Below are positions 36,312 through 48,030 of a stretch of 64,000 nt of DNA, piece by piece. The stretch's first letter is position 1, and each line of letters begins with the position of its first letter. Origin of the DNA: Dendrobates tinctorius (lineage: Eukaryota); assembly GCF_039654945.1 (NCBI RefSeq), contig NW_027361689.1, forward strand, positions 31,744,001 through 31,808,000. Reading direction: 5' to 3'. Below the pieces are notes generated by a model. That model was not told where the DNA came from and did not search any database. It saw nothing but the letters and a program-made list of their open reading frames with translations. Both the position numbers and the translations under genes were made by a program.

Positions 36312-39300
36312 TGTCATGATACCAGTGCTGGGTGACTGGCACTTCTGGAGTTAATGTTCTGATCGCAGTGTAGACTCTCACCTGCACACCTGGGACCTAT
36401 TATGATGGCCTCTCATTGGTTCTGGGGAGGCTTCTTATAGCCTCAGGAAGCTCCCATCCCCCGTCAGTTATACTTTCGCCCTTGGCATTGTGTGGTGACC
36501 CCTGAGTCTGTTAGTGCTGTGTTCTGGTTGCTTGATTCCCTGTGTATGACTCGGTCTGTTCTCTGGATATCGAGGACGACATGACCCAGGCCGTCAGGAT
36601 GGACCACAGGCTGCGGGCCAGAGGGGTGATGCAGGTGGAAACTCCATTGTTCCCCAGTGAAAAAGAGACTGCCCCTGAGCTCATGGATGTAGGTGCCCTC
36701 TCCCTGAAGGATACATAGCGGAAACGCCAGAAGGACAAGCAGTTATGCTTTTACTGCGGTAAAATGGGACATTGGAAAAGGGAATGTCCTGATTGCCCGT
36801 CTTCAAACCCGGTCGGCGGGAAACGACTAGGTCTGGGAAGTCAACGGGGAGACTGCTCCGACCCTCAGGTACCCTTTTCCTCGTTTTCTAAAGTGTTACT
36901 GCCTGTGGAACTGTTTGTGGATGGTAGTTCTTTTCCCTCTACAGCCTTCGTGGACTGCGGATCATCGATTAATCTCATTGACTCCCAATTGGTCACACAC
37001 TGCAAGATAGGGACAGTTAGGCTCAAGGTTCCGATCAAGGTGATGGCCATTGACTCCTCTCCCCTCACTAAGGAGGGAATTCGCTTTATGTCTGACTTGT
37101 TTTCGCTTAGAGTGGGCGCTAATCATGTGGAAAACCTAAGTTGTTTTGTGCTCCGCACTGCTGGTTGAACCTGTTAAATCTGTGTCTGTATCATCTGTGA
37201 GCTGGAAGGTATTCTGGAATGCCTGAAGGACTTTGAAGATGTATTCTCTGAAAGCGAGGCCAAGACGTTACTGCCACATAGACCCTTTGACTGCGCTATT
37301 GAGCTGGTACCGGGAGCTAAATTACCTAAAGCCCGTCTGTTTAATTTGTCCGGTCCTGAGCGCTTGGCTATGAAGGAGTACATTGCTGAAAGTCTGCGCA
37401 AAGGACACAGCTGAAAGTCTGCGCAAAGGACACATACGTCCTTCAGTCTCACCTGTGGTGGCAGGTTTCTTTTTTGTAAAGAAAAAAGATGGCGGGTTAC
37501 GTCCCTGTCTCGACTTCCGGGAGCTTAATCAGATTACTGTACGGAATACGTACCCCCTTCCGTTGATTCCCGATTTATGTAACCAACTATCAGGGGCAAA
37601 GTGGTTTTCTAAACTGGATCTTTGGGGGGCATATAATTTGATAAGGGTCCGAGAGGGGGATGAATGGAAAACCGCGTTCCTCAAGACCGAGGGACTATTT
37701 GAAAATTTAGTCATGCCGTTTGGTCTTACCAACGCCCCCGCCATAATTCAGAATTTCATCAACGTGGTATTCTCGGATCTCATTTGTCGTTTTGTCGTTA
37801 TCTATTTAGATGATATTTTGATATACTCCACCGACAAGCATTCTCATTTGGAACATGTAGGAACAGTTCTCCAAAGACTGAGAGAAAATCATCTGTATGC
37901 CAAATTGGAGAAATGTGTATTCTGTGTGCAAGAATTGTCTTTTTTGGGGTTAATTGTATCCGGGGAGGGTTTTCGCATGGACCCCAAGAAGGTGCAGGCC
38001 ATTGCGGATTGGGTGCAACCCCGAGAACTTAAGGGTCTTCAGCGCTTCTTGGGGTTCGCCAATTATTACCGCAAATTTATCCGGGGGTTTTTGCAAGTGG
38101 TCAAACCACTCACGGATCTAACATGCAAAGGTGCGGATGTGAGAAATTGGTCCTCGCTCGCAAAAGAGGCCTTTGCGACGCTGAAAAAATGTTTTATGTC
38201 TGCTCCTGTCTTGATACAGCCAGATCCTTCCAAGCCATTTGTGGTGGAGGTGGACGCCTCCGAGGTGGGGGTGGGCGGTGTTGTCTCAACGGCCTGCCAC
38301 TCTAACCAAACTCAGGCCATGTGCCTTCTTTTCCAAGAAGTTCTCTGCTGCTGAAAGAAATTATGATGTAGGCAATAGATAGCTTCTTGCGGTTAAGTTG
38401 GCGTTTGAGGAATGGAGGCACTTTTTGGAGGGGGCAAGCCACCCGGTTACTGTGATCACTGATCACAAAAATTTGTCTTACATCGAGTCTGCTAAAAGAT
38501 TAACGCCCAGACAGGCCCGTTGGTCACTTTTTTTTCTTGTTTCCAGTTTACTATTACATTCCATCCAGGGTCAAAGAATGTCAAGGCTGACGCCTTATCT
38601 CGTAGTTTTCACCCTGTGTCTGTCACTGAGCTACCGTCCTCCATTCTGCACCCTGGGGTGGTGTTAGCAGGGATCTTGTCTGAATTGGAACGGGAAATTG
38701 AGGGGGCCCAGTCGCTGGCTCCTGTGGCCAAACCAGGGGGCAAGTTGTTTGTCCCAGAACAACTTCGGCTTAAACTCTTGCAAGACTTCCACGAATCCAA
38801 GTTGTGTGCTCACCCTGATATATCAGCCACGCAACTGGCGGTGGCTAGGATCTTCTGGTGGCCTACTCTGGGTTCTGATATAAAGAAATTCATTTCTGGT
38901 TGTGGGGTCTGAGCTCGTTCTAAAAGCTCCCATAGCCGGCCGGCGGGGGAGCTGAAGCCCTTGGAAGTTCCCGAAAGACCGTGGACCCATCTGTTGATGG
39001 ATTTTATTACCAATCTTCCCTCATCCAGGGGTAATACGGTGGTATGGGTAGTGGTGGACAGATTTTCTAAGCAGGCTCATTTTGTACCCCTGTCCGCATT
39101 ACCTTCTGCTGAGATCTTATCCAGATTGTTTGTGCAGCATATGGTCCGCTTGCATGGGGTACCCCTGAATGTGGTGTCTGATCGTGGTGTGCAGTTTGTG
39201 GCTAAGTTTTGGCGTGCTTTCTGTAAAAAATTAGGGATATCTCTGTCCTTTTCGTCTGCATACCATCCTGAGAGTAATGGTCAGACGGAACGCACTAATC

Positions 39301-40743
39301 AGTCTCTGGAACAGATCCTGAGATGTCTGACTTCTGCTAGACAGAATGACTGGTGTGATATACTGCCGTTGGCTGAATTTGCCTTCAGTAGTCGGGTGAG
39401 TCAATCCACTGGTATGTCCCCTTTCTTCATCAACTATGGGTTCAGTCCTCATTTTGGTGAGTTTTCTTGTCTGGATTCGGGGTGCCCCGGGGCTGAGGAC
39501 TCTGTTCAGCGGTTAAAAGATACATGGGCAGAAGTCCAGCGGTGTATATCTAGGTCTCAAGGCAGGTATAAGTTTTTCACGGACAGGAAACGAACACCTG
39601 GTCCCATGTTTCAGGTGGGAGAGAAAGTTTGGCTCTCCACGTGAAACATTAAGTTAAAGGTTCCGTCAGCCAAGTTGGGCCCCAAATTCATTGGCACGTA
39701 CAAGATTGTGGAAAAAAATCAACCCGGTAGCGTACAGACTGTGCCTTCCACCCTCGTTCAAGATCCCTAACGTCTTCCATAGATCTCTACTGAAGCCGTT
39801 TGAAGCAGTCCGGGGAGAATCCGAGTCCGCTGCTCCTCCGGTTTTGGTTGAGGGACATGTGGAATATGAGATTGGTCACATTGTAGATTCTAGGTTGGTA
39901 TGGCGGTCAGTACAGTACCTAGTTCATTGGAAGGGGTATGGGCCGGAGGACAGGTCCTGGGTGCCGGCCCGGTTGATGCATGCGGATCGTATGGTTCGGG
40001 CTTTCCATGCTAGGTACCCGGGCAAGCCTGGGGGTCCAGAGGTCCCCCGTTGAGAGGGGGGTATTGTCATGATACCATTGCTGGGTGACCGGCACTTCTG
40101 GGGTTAATGTTCTGATCGCAGTGTAGACTCTCACCTGCACACCTGGGACCTATTAGGGTGGCCTCTCATTGGTTCTGGGGAGGCTTGTTATAGCCTCAGG
40201 AAGCTCCCATCCCCCGTCAGTTATATTTTCGCCCTTGGCATTGTGTGGTGACCCCTGAGTGTGTTTGTGCTGTTTTCTGGTTGCTTGATTCCCTGTGTAG
40301 GACTCGGTCTGTTCTCTGGATATCGCTTTGGATTCTGCTTGGTACCTTCTATGTCCGTTTGGTTTTTGATCTCTGCTTGGCCCTTACTGTCCGTTCTGTC
40401 TCATCCCTGGTACTGTATTGATATCTTGTGTATGACCTTTGGCTTTGTCTGAGCTCCCGTCTGTTTATCCCTCCTGTACCTCGCTTGCCTGTATTGTGCC
40501 TGACGTCTGCTTTGCCCGACTCTGAGTTTTCATCCTCCTCTGAAAGCAGGACGCTAAGCCCCGCCCCCTGGCAGTCACATGACCGTTCACATGACCGTAG
40601 GTCCTATGCCGGCTTTCTAATCTTCTACATTCAGGTCCCGTGCATCTTTATTGACCGGCTGTTCTTGTCCCCAGGGGTCCCTACGGTGCGGGTGAGTCCC
40701 TGCTTAGCGGAGGCTGTACGCCGGCGCTTTCAGGACCCTGACA
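36312..40743 (+). mobile_element. Defective Ty3/Gypsy chromovirus, copy 2 (tandem duplicate of copy 1, offset 4717 bp)
   Basis: Same structure and lesions as copy 1; 3' LTR at 40065-40743; extra stops near 36716, 38380 and 38910 and a 1-bp deletion near 38528. Confidence 0.95.
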
Positions 40744-41446
40744 CAAACATGGCAGACATGGACTCACAGGTGTACAAACATGGCAAACATGGGCTCATAG
40801 GTGTATAAACATGGCAGACATGGGCTCATAGGTGTACAAACATGGCAGACATGGGCTCATAGGTGTACAAACATGGCATACATGGGCTTCTAGGTGTATA
40901 AACATGGCAGACATGGGCTCATAGGTGTACAAACATGGCAGACATAGGCTCATAGGTGTACAAACATGGCAGACGTGGGCTCATAGGTGTATAAACATGG
41001 CAGACATGGGCTCATAGGTGTACAAACATGGCAGACATGGGCTCATAGGTGTATAAACATGGCAGACATGGGCAACCTTCAGAAGAGCCCCCGCCTGCCA
41101 TGGCAACACTATTGGCACCACATTTCCAGCCTCTTAAATGCAACTTTCACTATTGAAAGCAGCATCTAAGGGGTTCAGCTGCTGTATTTAGAGCACAGTC
41201 TTTAGGGTATGTGCATACGTTGCAGATTTGCCTGTGGAATTTCCTGCGTGGATTCTTCCTCTCATGAGTTTTTTGATGCGGATTTGTTTGCGTTTTTGTA
41301 AGCTAACTAAAGATATATTATTTAACAAAAAAAAAGAATTGTGATGTCGTTTCTTGTCCAACCTCCTCTTTCACATACTCCATTGACTACCATAGTATCA
41401 TTACATACCATGTTCACATATGATGTTTACACACACAAAACAAATA

Positions 41447-41510
41447 TAGATAGATGATAGATAGATGATAGATAATGGATAGATAGATAGATAGATAGAT
41501 AAATAGATAG
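41447..41510. repeat. (GATA)n microsatellite
   Basis: Direct reading. Confidence 0.85.
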
Positions 41511-41541
41511 GTATATGCCAAACCTCCTAAATATCTTTTCC

Positions 41542-41724
41542 AAGATGAAAGCAGCCCACCATAGTGGAGTCAATTCATGTGCAGTTTAATAGCCCATCTG
41601 GCAACGTTTCAGTCCCAAAGATGTGGACTTGAAAAAGGTTCATATCTTTGGGACCGAAATGTCGCCAGATGGGCTATTAAACTGTACATGAATTGACTCC
41701 ACTATGGTGGGCTGCTTTCATCTT
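41542..41724. repeat. Near-perfect long inverted repeat (arms about 87 bp), probably Penelope-derived
   Basis: aagatgaaagcagcccaccatagtggagtcaattcatgt... pairs with ...acatgaattgactccactatggtgggctgctttcatctt across a loop of about 9 nt. Confidence 0.85.
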
Positions 41725-41770
41725 TGAAGTATAAATAGATATATCTATAGATAGATATATCTGTAGATAG

Positions 41771-42596
41771 TGTGAGGGAGGGCCAGGGCCGTAGTCGTGG
41801 CTGTTAATACATGCTCATGCGCGCCCTGGTCTCCCGTCGCATACAAAGAACGTCCCATTGTCAGAGTACTTGCCTCTTTACTTTCTGCACCTTCAGGGTC
41901 TTCTCTACGTTGCTTAAGTCACCCTTCGACTGTTTGCACACAAACAGAGACACAGTCCAGTTGCAACTTAAAATGTAGAGCTTTACTTCCTTCTTTTCGC
42001 AGCACATCCTTAACAGATACAATGTCAGCATAGAGTTCCATACAATGCACATTCTTCACTTTCCCTGTACTCTTTCCTACGGCCTTCAGTACATGTCCGG
42101 GTTGTACCATCTCCATGGCATCACAGCATCCTCCCTGTTCAGACTCACTACGCTCAGGTGTTACCTCGTCAGTTTCAACCCGGATCTGAGGGCATCTGCC
42201 CATGCAGTGAGCTGCCACATTTTAGTGCGACCTGCATGCCTGTACTGATGTGACCTCCGCTGTAGCCTCTGTTCCACCACTGCTGTCACTACTGCTGCTA
42301 TGGCTGATGACTGGGTTCCTTGCTTGTAACATTGCGGAGCTATCCGCCCTGTATGAGCTCCTTGGCCCTACTGCCTAGGAATTGGAAAACCCTCTAACTT
42401 ATCTATGGCTGGCTCCTCCTAAATAACTAAATACACTAATGTGCCCCATCTAATGTCCAATTTGGGGTACTACGCTTTCCTTAACCTACAGCATTATATA
42501 CATCTAAAACAGTGCAGTATACAGCACTATTTACAGTAACATAAATTATCAACAGACTATGTACATGGCTGCAAAACATTTAGTACACCCCTTACA
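41771..42596. mobile_element. TG...CA-bounded insertion (LTR-related) in a (TAGA) tract
   Basis: tgtgaggg ... cccttaca termini; tagatag on both sides. Confidence 0.45.
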
Positions 42597-43278
42597 TAGA
42601 TAGAAATATATATAGCTAAATAGATAGATAGATTGATAGATAGATAATACCAAGCCCGATGTTTAGTAATAAACATAATAAAATGGTACATAAAGAGTTA
42701 AATAAAGACTCACACACACACACACACAAAATCTGCATCAGGCCGGAGTCACACTTGCGAGAGAGAAACTCGCACGAGTCCCGCACCTCAATACCTGACA
42801 CTGCCGCCGGCACTCAGACCTGAGCGTTCATCTGCATAGAAATACATGCAGCCGCACACTCCGATCCCGAGTGCCGGGTATTAAGGTGCGAGACTCGTGC
42901 GAGTTTCTTGCAAGTGTGACCCAGGACTTAAGAGCAATATCTGTTTAATTTTAAAAAAAAGTGAAAAGAATATTGCGTTGGTTCCCGCGCAATTTTCAAA
43001 ATCAGAACAGGGAAAGTCAGGGACTGGGGGCAGATGTTTATAGCCTGGGAAGGGGTTAAAACCCATGGATCTTCCCAGGATATTAATATAACCTCATCGG
43101 TATACTTAGCCTTTACTGGCTATTAAAATAGGGGAGCCACCCCAAAAATTGACATGGAGATCTCCTTTAATTAATAACCAGAAAAGGCTATGCAGACAGC
43201 TGTGGCTGATATTAATAGCCTAGGAAGGGGCCATGGATATTGCCCCCCCACTACAAACACCAGCTCACAGCCACCCCA

Positions 43279-43376
43279 GAAACACGGGGAGAACATACAA
43301 ACTCCTTGCAGATGTTGTCCTTGGTGGGATTCGAACCCAGGACCCCAGCACTAACCACTGAGCCACCGTGCCGCCC
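43279..43376 (-). mobile_element. tRNA-derived SINE head (V-SINE-like) fragment
   Basis: Minus strand reads ggcggcacggTGGCTCAGTGG (A box)...GGTTCGAATCC (B box)...gagtttgtatgttctccccgtg. Confidence 0.7.
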
Positions 43377-45855
43377 TAGTTGTTACATGTTAAATAAAGA
43401 CACAGCCAGAATAAAGTATTTTAATGAAATAAAACACAACATAGTTTGCCATATTAATTATACACCTAATTCCGGCGACACCCTCATTCTCCTGCAAAAA
43501 AATAAAATAATAAACCAACACAAATACTCCCTGTTCCAATGTGATCCATTTAATAATGAGTGTCCCACGATGATCTCCCGTTTAGAGCTGTCCCATTGGG
43601 AGATGTTTCCAGATGTGACCGCTCTACAGTGCCTCAGATGACACACTGACCGGAGATAATACTCCCGTAGTGTAGTTCATCGGATTTCATGCTCTCATTG
43701 TACGGCACTACCGCTCTGTGAGAATTTTTTCACGCCGCGGTGCCGCACGTGACAGGATGAACTCTGATGATATCTAGGCAGCTGAGTGATCCACTGCAGG
43801 AGAATCACTTCCTGTCACTGTCGTGGGACAATCATTATTAAATTGATTACATCGGAATAGGGAGTATACTGCTGGTTTATTTTATTTTTTTGCAGGCGAT
43901 CAAGGGCATCGGGGATTAGCTGTATGGTGCGTATGTGTACTGTATATGTATTTGTTTTTTTCATCTATTCAACACAGTAGCCAGATAATGGGACTACTAC
44001 TGTCTCATCATCGGCTAATGCTGTCACTGTGGTAGGCATAGCCTGATGGGACTAGTAGTCCCATCGGACGATTCCTACCTGCACACAGACCTGCACACAC
44101 ACAGCCGCGCACGTGCCCGCAGACCCCCGCACACATACAGAGATAAACACAGACACCGGCAGACAGACACACGCATCTTCTCCACACACACATAGTCTCT
44201 GCCCACACACATAGTCTCCACCCACGCTCTCTTCCTCCTCCCTATCTTCAGCGTTTTTCGCATGCAACTCCACAGCAAAACCGCAAATCTTTTTACACCT
44301 GCAGTTTTGCTGCGGATTTGACTGACTCAATGGAAGTCAATGGGTGTAGAAACGTTGCAGATCCGCAAAAAGAATTGACATGCTGCGGAAAATAAAAACA
44401 CTGCGAATCCGCACGGCTTTATCCACAGCATGTGCACACCACACAGCAGCGTGGATTTTTCCACACCATGTGCTCAGTCTCAGCAAGATAAATTTCACCA
44501 TCCAATGTATAGGATGTGTTGATTCCGCATGGTTCAAAGACCACATGCGGAATCACCGACTGTCAAAAGCCGGCAGCACTTTGGACGGAGCGAGCATGTG
44601 CTGTGTCCAAAGTGCTGCCGGGTTCTGCCCATGGGAACATACCCTAGATTTCATTTTGTCCGTGCAGCGCTCTGCTATGTGTGTGCACGGCCAGGTTAAT
44701 ATTGCTATTAACGCCTCTTTCACACATCAGTTTTTTTGTATCAGTCGCAATACAGCGGTTTTGGAAAAAAACGGATCCGTCGCAGATTGTGAAAAACTGA
44801 TGCGACGGATCAGTTTTTTCTCTGGATCCGACCGCCCTACCTGGTAATAATATTGGAGCATGCTCAGTTCAAAAAAACGGAATCCATGGCTGGATTCCGT
44901 CATTTGACAGACAGCGACGGATCCTGCACCCATAGGCTTCCATTATAGCCAACAACGGACAGCGCTGGATCCGTCACTGTCCGACTATACCATCACCTAA
45001 TAATACCCCCATACAGAGACTGAATAATACTAACAAGAACAGTGAAAAGTTAAAAAAAAAGTTTTTTAAAAATAAAAAAATACCTAAATTCAAATCACCT
45101 CCATTTTCCGCTACATATGTGGAAGCGTTGCATTCAGAAAAGGACGGTCTTTCTAAATATAAAAAAAATTGACCTAAAACACCATTAACAAAAAAAATCT
45201 AGAACTTCAATATTACGTTTTTTGGTCACTGCAATTCCACAAAAATGCTGTAACCAGCGATCAAAAAGTCACATCTATCCCAAAATGGTATCAATAAAAA
45301 TGTCATCATGTCTCGTAAAAAATAAGCGTTCACATAGCTCCATCTATCTAACAACAAAAATGTTACTCATCTCCGGAAGATGGCGGCACAATCCCCCAAT
45401 TTTTTTTTTAAACTTTATATTTAAAAAAAAAAACTTGGACATGTTGGGTATCACTATGATCACACTGATGAGCAGAATCATATCGAAATGTCATATTTAG
45501 CACAAAATGTGCACAGTAAAAACAATTACCAAAAAACAATGTCAGAATTGCATTTTTTTTAGCAATTTCTCCCCAGTTGGATTTTTTTCCTCCTTTTTCA
45601 AGTACACAATGAGGTAAAATGAATGGTGTTATTGAAAAGTACAACTCATCCCACAAAAAAAGCCCTCATATGTCTATGTGGACAGAAAAATAAAAAGTTA
45701 CAGCTCTGGGAAGAAGGGGAGGAAAGAAAAATGGCAATGGAAAAACGGAAATTGGTTCCGTCTTGAGGGTTAAAAATTGCTGCTTTACTATCTTGTCTTT
45801 TGCTTTTGGTATTGCTTATTAACCTTCAACACCGCATCGGCATCTTTCTCACATG

Positions 45856-47784
45856 CAGGGCCGGCGTTAGGGGCCGGCATTACGCTCCCCCAGGGGCCCC
45901 CAGCCCCCAGGCACATCATGCAGTCGCTATGGGGAGCCTGCGAGGCAGGGGGCCTGCCTGCCCCCAATGCCGACTCCCCCAGCCGCATTGAACTATACCG
46001 GCGTCTGCCGGTACAGTTCAAAGCAATGATGGAGTAGAGAGTGTCAGCTGACACTCCCTCTCCCATCATTCCCCGCTCTGCCTCTGACACTACGGGTGAC
46101 GTCATCGCGCATTCACTGTACCAGGCAGAACAGGAGACAGGAGCCGGGAGTAGCTTGGGCACGAGGAGAGGTGAGGAGTGTTTTTTTTTTTTTATATAAC
46201 AATGAGTACTGGACTGTGGGGCCATTCTGATGTGGGCTGTGCAATATACTATGTGGGCTATGCTATATACCATGTTGCTGTGCTATATACCATGTGGGCT
46301 GTGCTATATACTATGTGGGCTGTGATATATACTATGAGGGCTGTGCTATGTACAATGTGGGCTGTGCTATATACTATGAGGGCTGTGCTATATACCATGT
46401 TGCTGTGCTACATACTATGTGAGCTGTGCACTATACTATGAGGGCTTGGCTATATATTATGTGGGATGTGCTATATACTATGAGGGCTGTGCTATATACC
46501 ATGTTTCTGTGCTATATACCATGTGGGCTGTGCTATATACTATGAGAGATGTGCTATATACCATGTGGACTGTGCTATATACCATGTGGGCTGTGCTATA
46601 TACTACAGTATGTGGGCTGTGTTATATACTATATGTGGGCTGTGTTATATACTATATGTGGGTTGTGCTATATACTATGTGGGCTGTGCTATATACTATG
46701 TGGGCTGTGCTATATACTATGCGGGCTGTGCTATATACTATGCGGGCTGTGCTATATACTATATGGGCTGTGTTATATACTGTGTGAGCTGTGCTATATA
46801 CTATATGTAGGCTATGCTATATACTATGTGGTCTGTGCTATATACTATATGTGGGCTGTGTTATATACTAAATGTGGGCTGTGTTATATTCTATGAGGGC
46901 TTTGCTACATACTATGTGGGCTTCATTAAATTCTATGGGGGGCTGTATTATATTTATTATATTCTATGAGGGGTGATTGCATCATACTCTATAAGGGGGC
47001 TACATTATACTTTATGAGGGGGACAGCATTATATTCTATGGGGGGTTTCATTATACTCTGTGAGGTGGCTGCATTATACTATATGTGGCCTGCATTATAC
47101 TGTATTGAGGACTATGGGGAATACATTATACTTTATGAAGAACTATGGGGTGCATTATACTAGGGGAAGTGAATTGTACTACATGGATGACTATGGCAGT
47201 ACATTATACTATATGGAGCATTATGAGGAGTGTATTGTACTATGTGGAGGACGGAGCAGTGTATTTTAATATATGGATGATTATAGGGAATGAATTATAC
47301 TATATGGAGGACTATGGGGGATATTATATTATATGGAGAACTATGGGGTGTGCATTTTACAATATGGAAGACTGTGGTGCACATTATAATATATGGAGGA
47401 CTATGCGGTGTATTATACTAAACAGGCAAAATGCTGCATATTCATCGAGTGATTGGATTGTTTATGCCGGAACAGAAATCATTGTTCTCAGCAGCACATC
47501 ACCAGTGTAAACTGCAGATGTGCTGCCGATAACATGATACTGTATGGGGACAGATTGATCTAATAGTGATCGTTCTGTCTCCATCATTCCTTCTCAGACG
47601 TTGTAAAGAGGCCGGGAAACAAGTGTTGAATGACTTCAATATTGTCGATCACACTCATTTAGCGGCCTGAACTCAGCGCATGTAACTACAACAGAAATGC
47701 TTCTGTGTGATGTGCAATATGTTAGCCTTTGGGGCCCAATTTTAAAATTTGCCTAGGGCCCGACTTTGCCTAAAACTGGCCCTG
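45856..47784. mobile_element. Non-autonomous hAT element with an internal minisatellite
   Basis: cagggccggcgttagg / cctaaaactggccctg TIRs; perfect 8-bp target duplication ctcacatg (45848-45855 and 47785-47792). Confidence 0.85.
46230..47420. repeat. Minisatellite of about 21-23 bp (gtgggctgtgctatatactat), grading into a degenerate variant
   Basis: Direct reading; it explains the YTMWAVL-type spurious ORFs. Confidence 0.9.
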
Positions 47785-47829
47785 CTCACATGTAAAACAA
47801 CCTTTACATATTGCAAGTTCTCTTACAGG

Positions 47830-48030
47830 TGGGTGTGGTGACGTTAGGCGGGCAGCAATGGAGCTTCCATCTTCCTCTCCGGTACTGGAGCGCTCTTCTC
47901 TCAGCGAGTATCCAGCTGTCTGATTGGTGGAGAAGCTCCTGCTTACCAATCAGCACTGTGCACACACTACCAATCCTGCTGAGTGTGTTTCCCTTTCCCT
48001 TTCTCTACTGCCTGTTGCTTAGTAACCGCA
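47830..48030. promoter_or_regulatory. Promoter-like motif cluster (CRE half-site, GC box, three CCAAT, RFX X-box-like)
   Basis: gtgacgt near 47838, ggcggg near 47847, attgg near 47923, ccaat near 47946 and 47970, GTTGCTTAGTAAC near 48014; non-repetitive context. Confidence 0.35.

Larger units (their letters stand above)
29364..41072. repeat. 31-bp satellite array (AAACATGGCAGACATGGGCTCATAGGTGTAC)n, interrupted by two Gypsy copies
   Basis: About 70 units at 29364-31594, 9 units at 36028-36311 and about 10 units at 40744-41072. Confidence 0.97.

Noticed and set aside
43320-43376. Possible tRNA gene
   Set aside because: A and B boxes are present, but the anticodon arm is deleted and a SINE body follows.
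46178-47510. Several 65-122 aa ORFs (YTMWAVL, CAIYY, LCYIL)
   Set aside because: They are open frames through a 21-bp minisatellite inside a hAT element.
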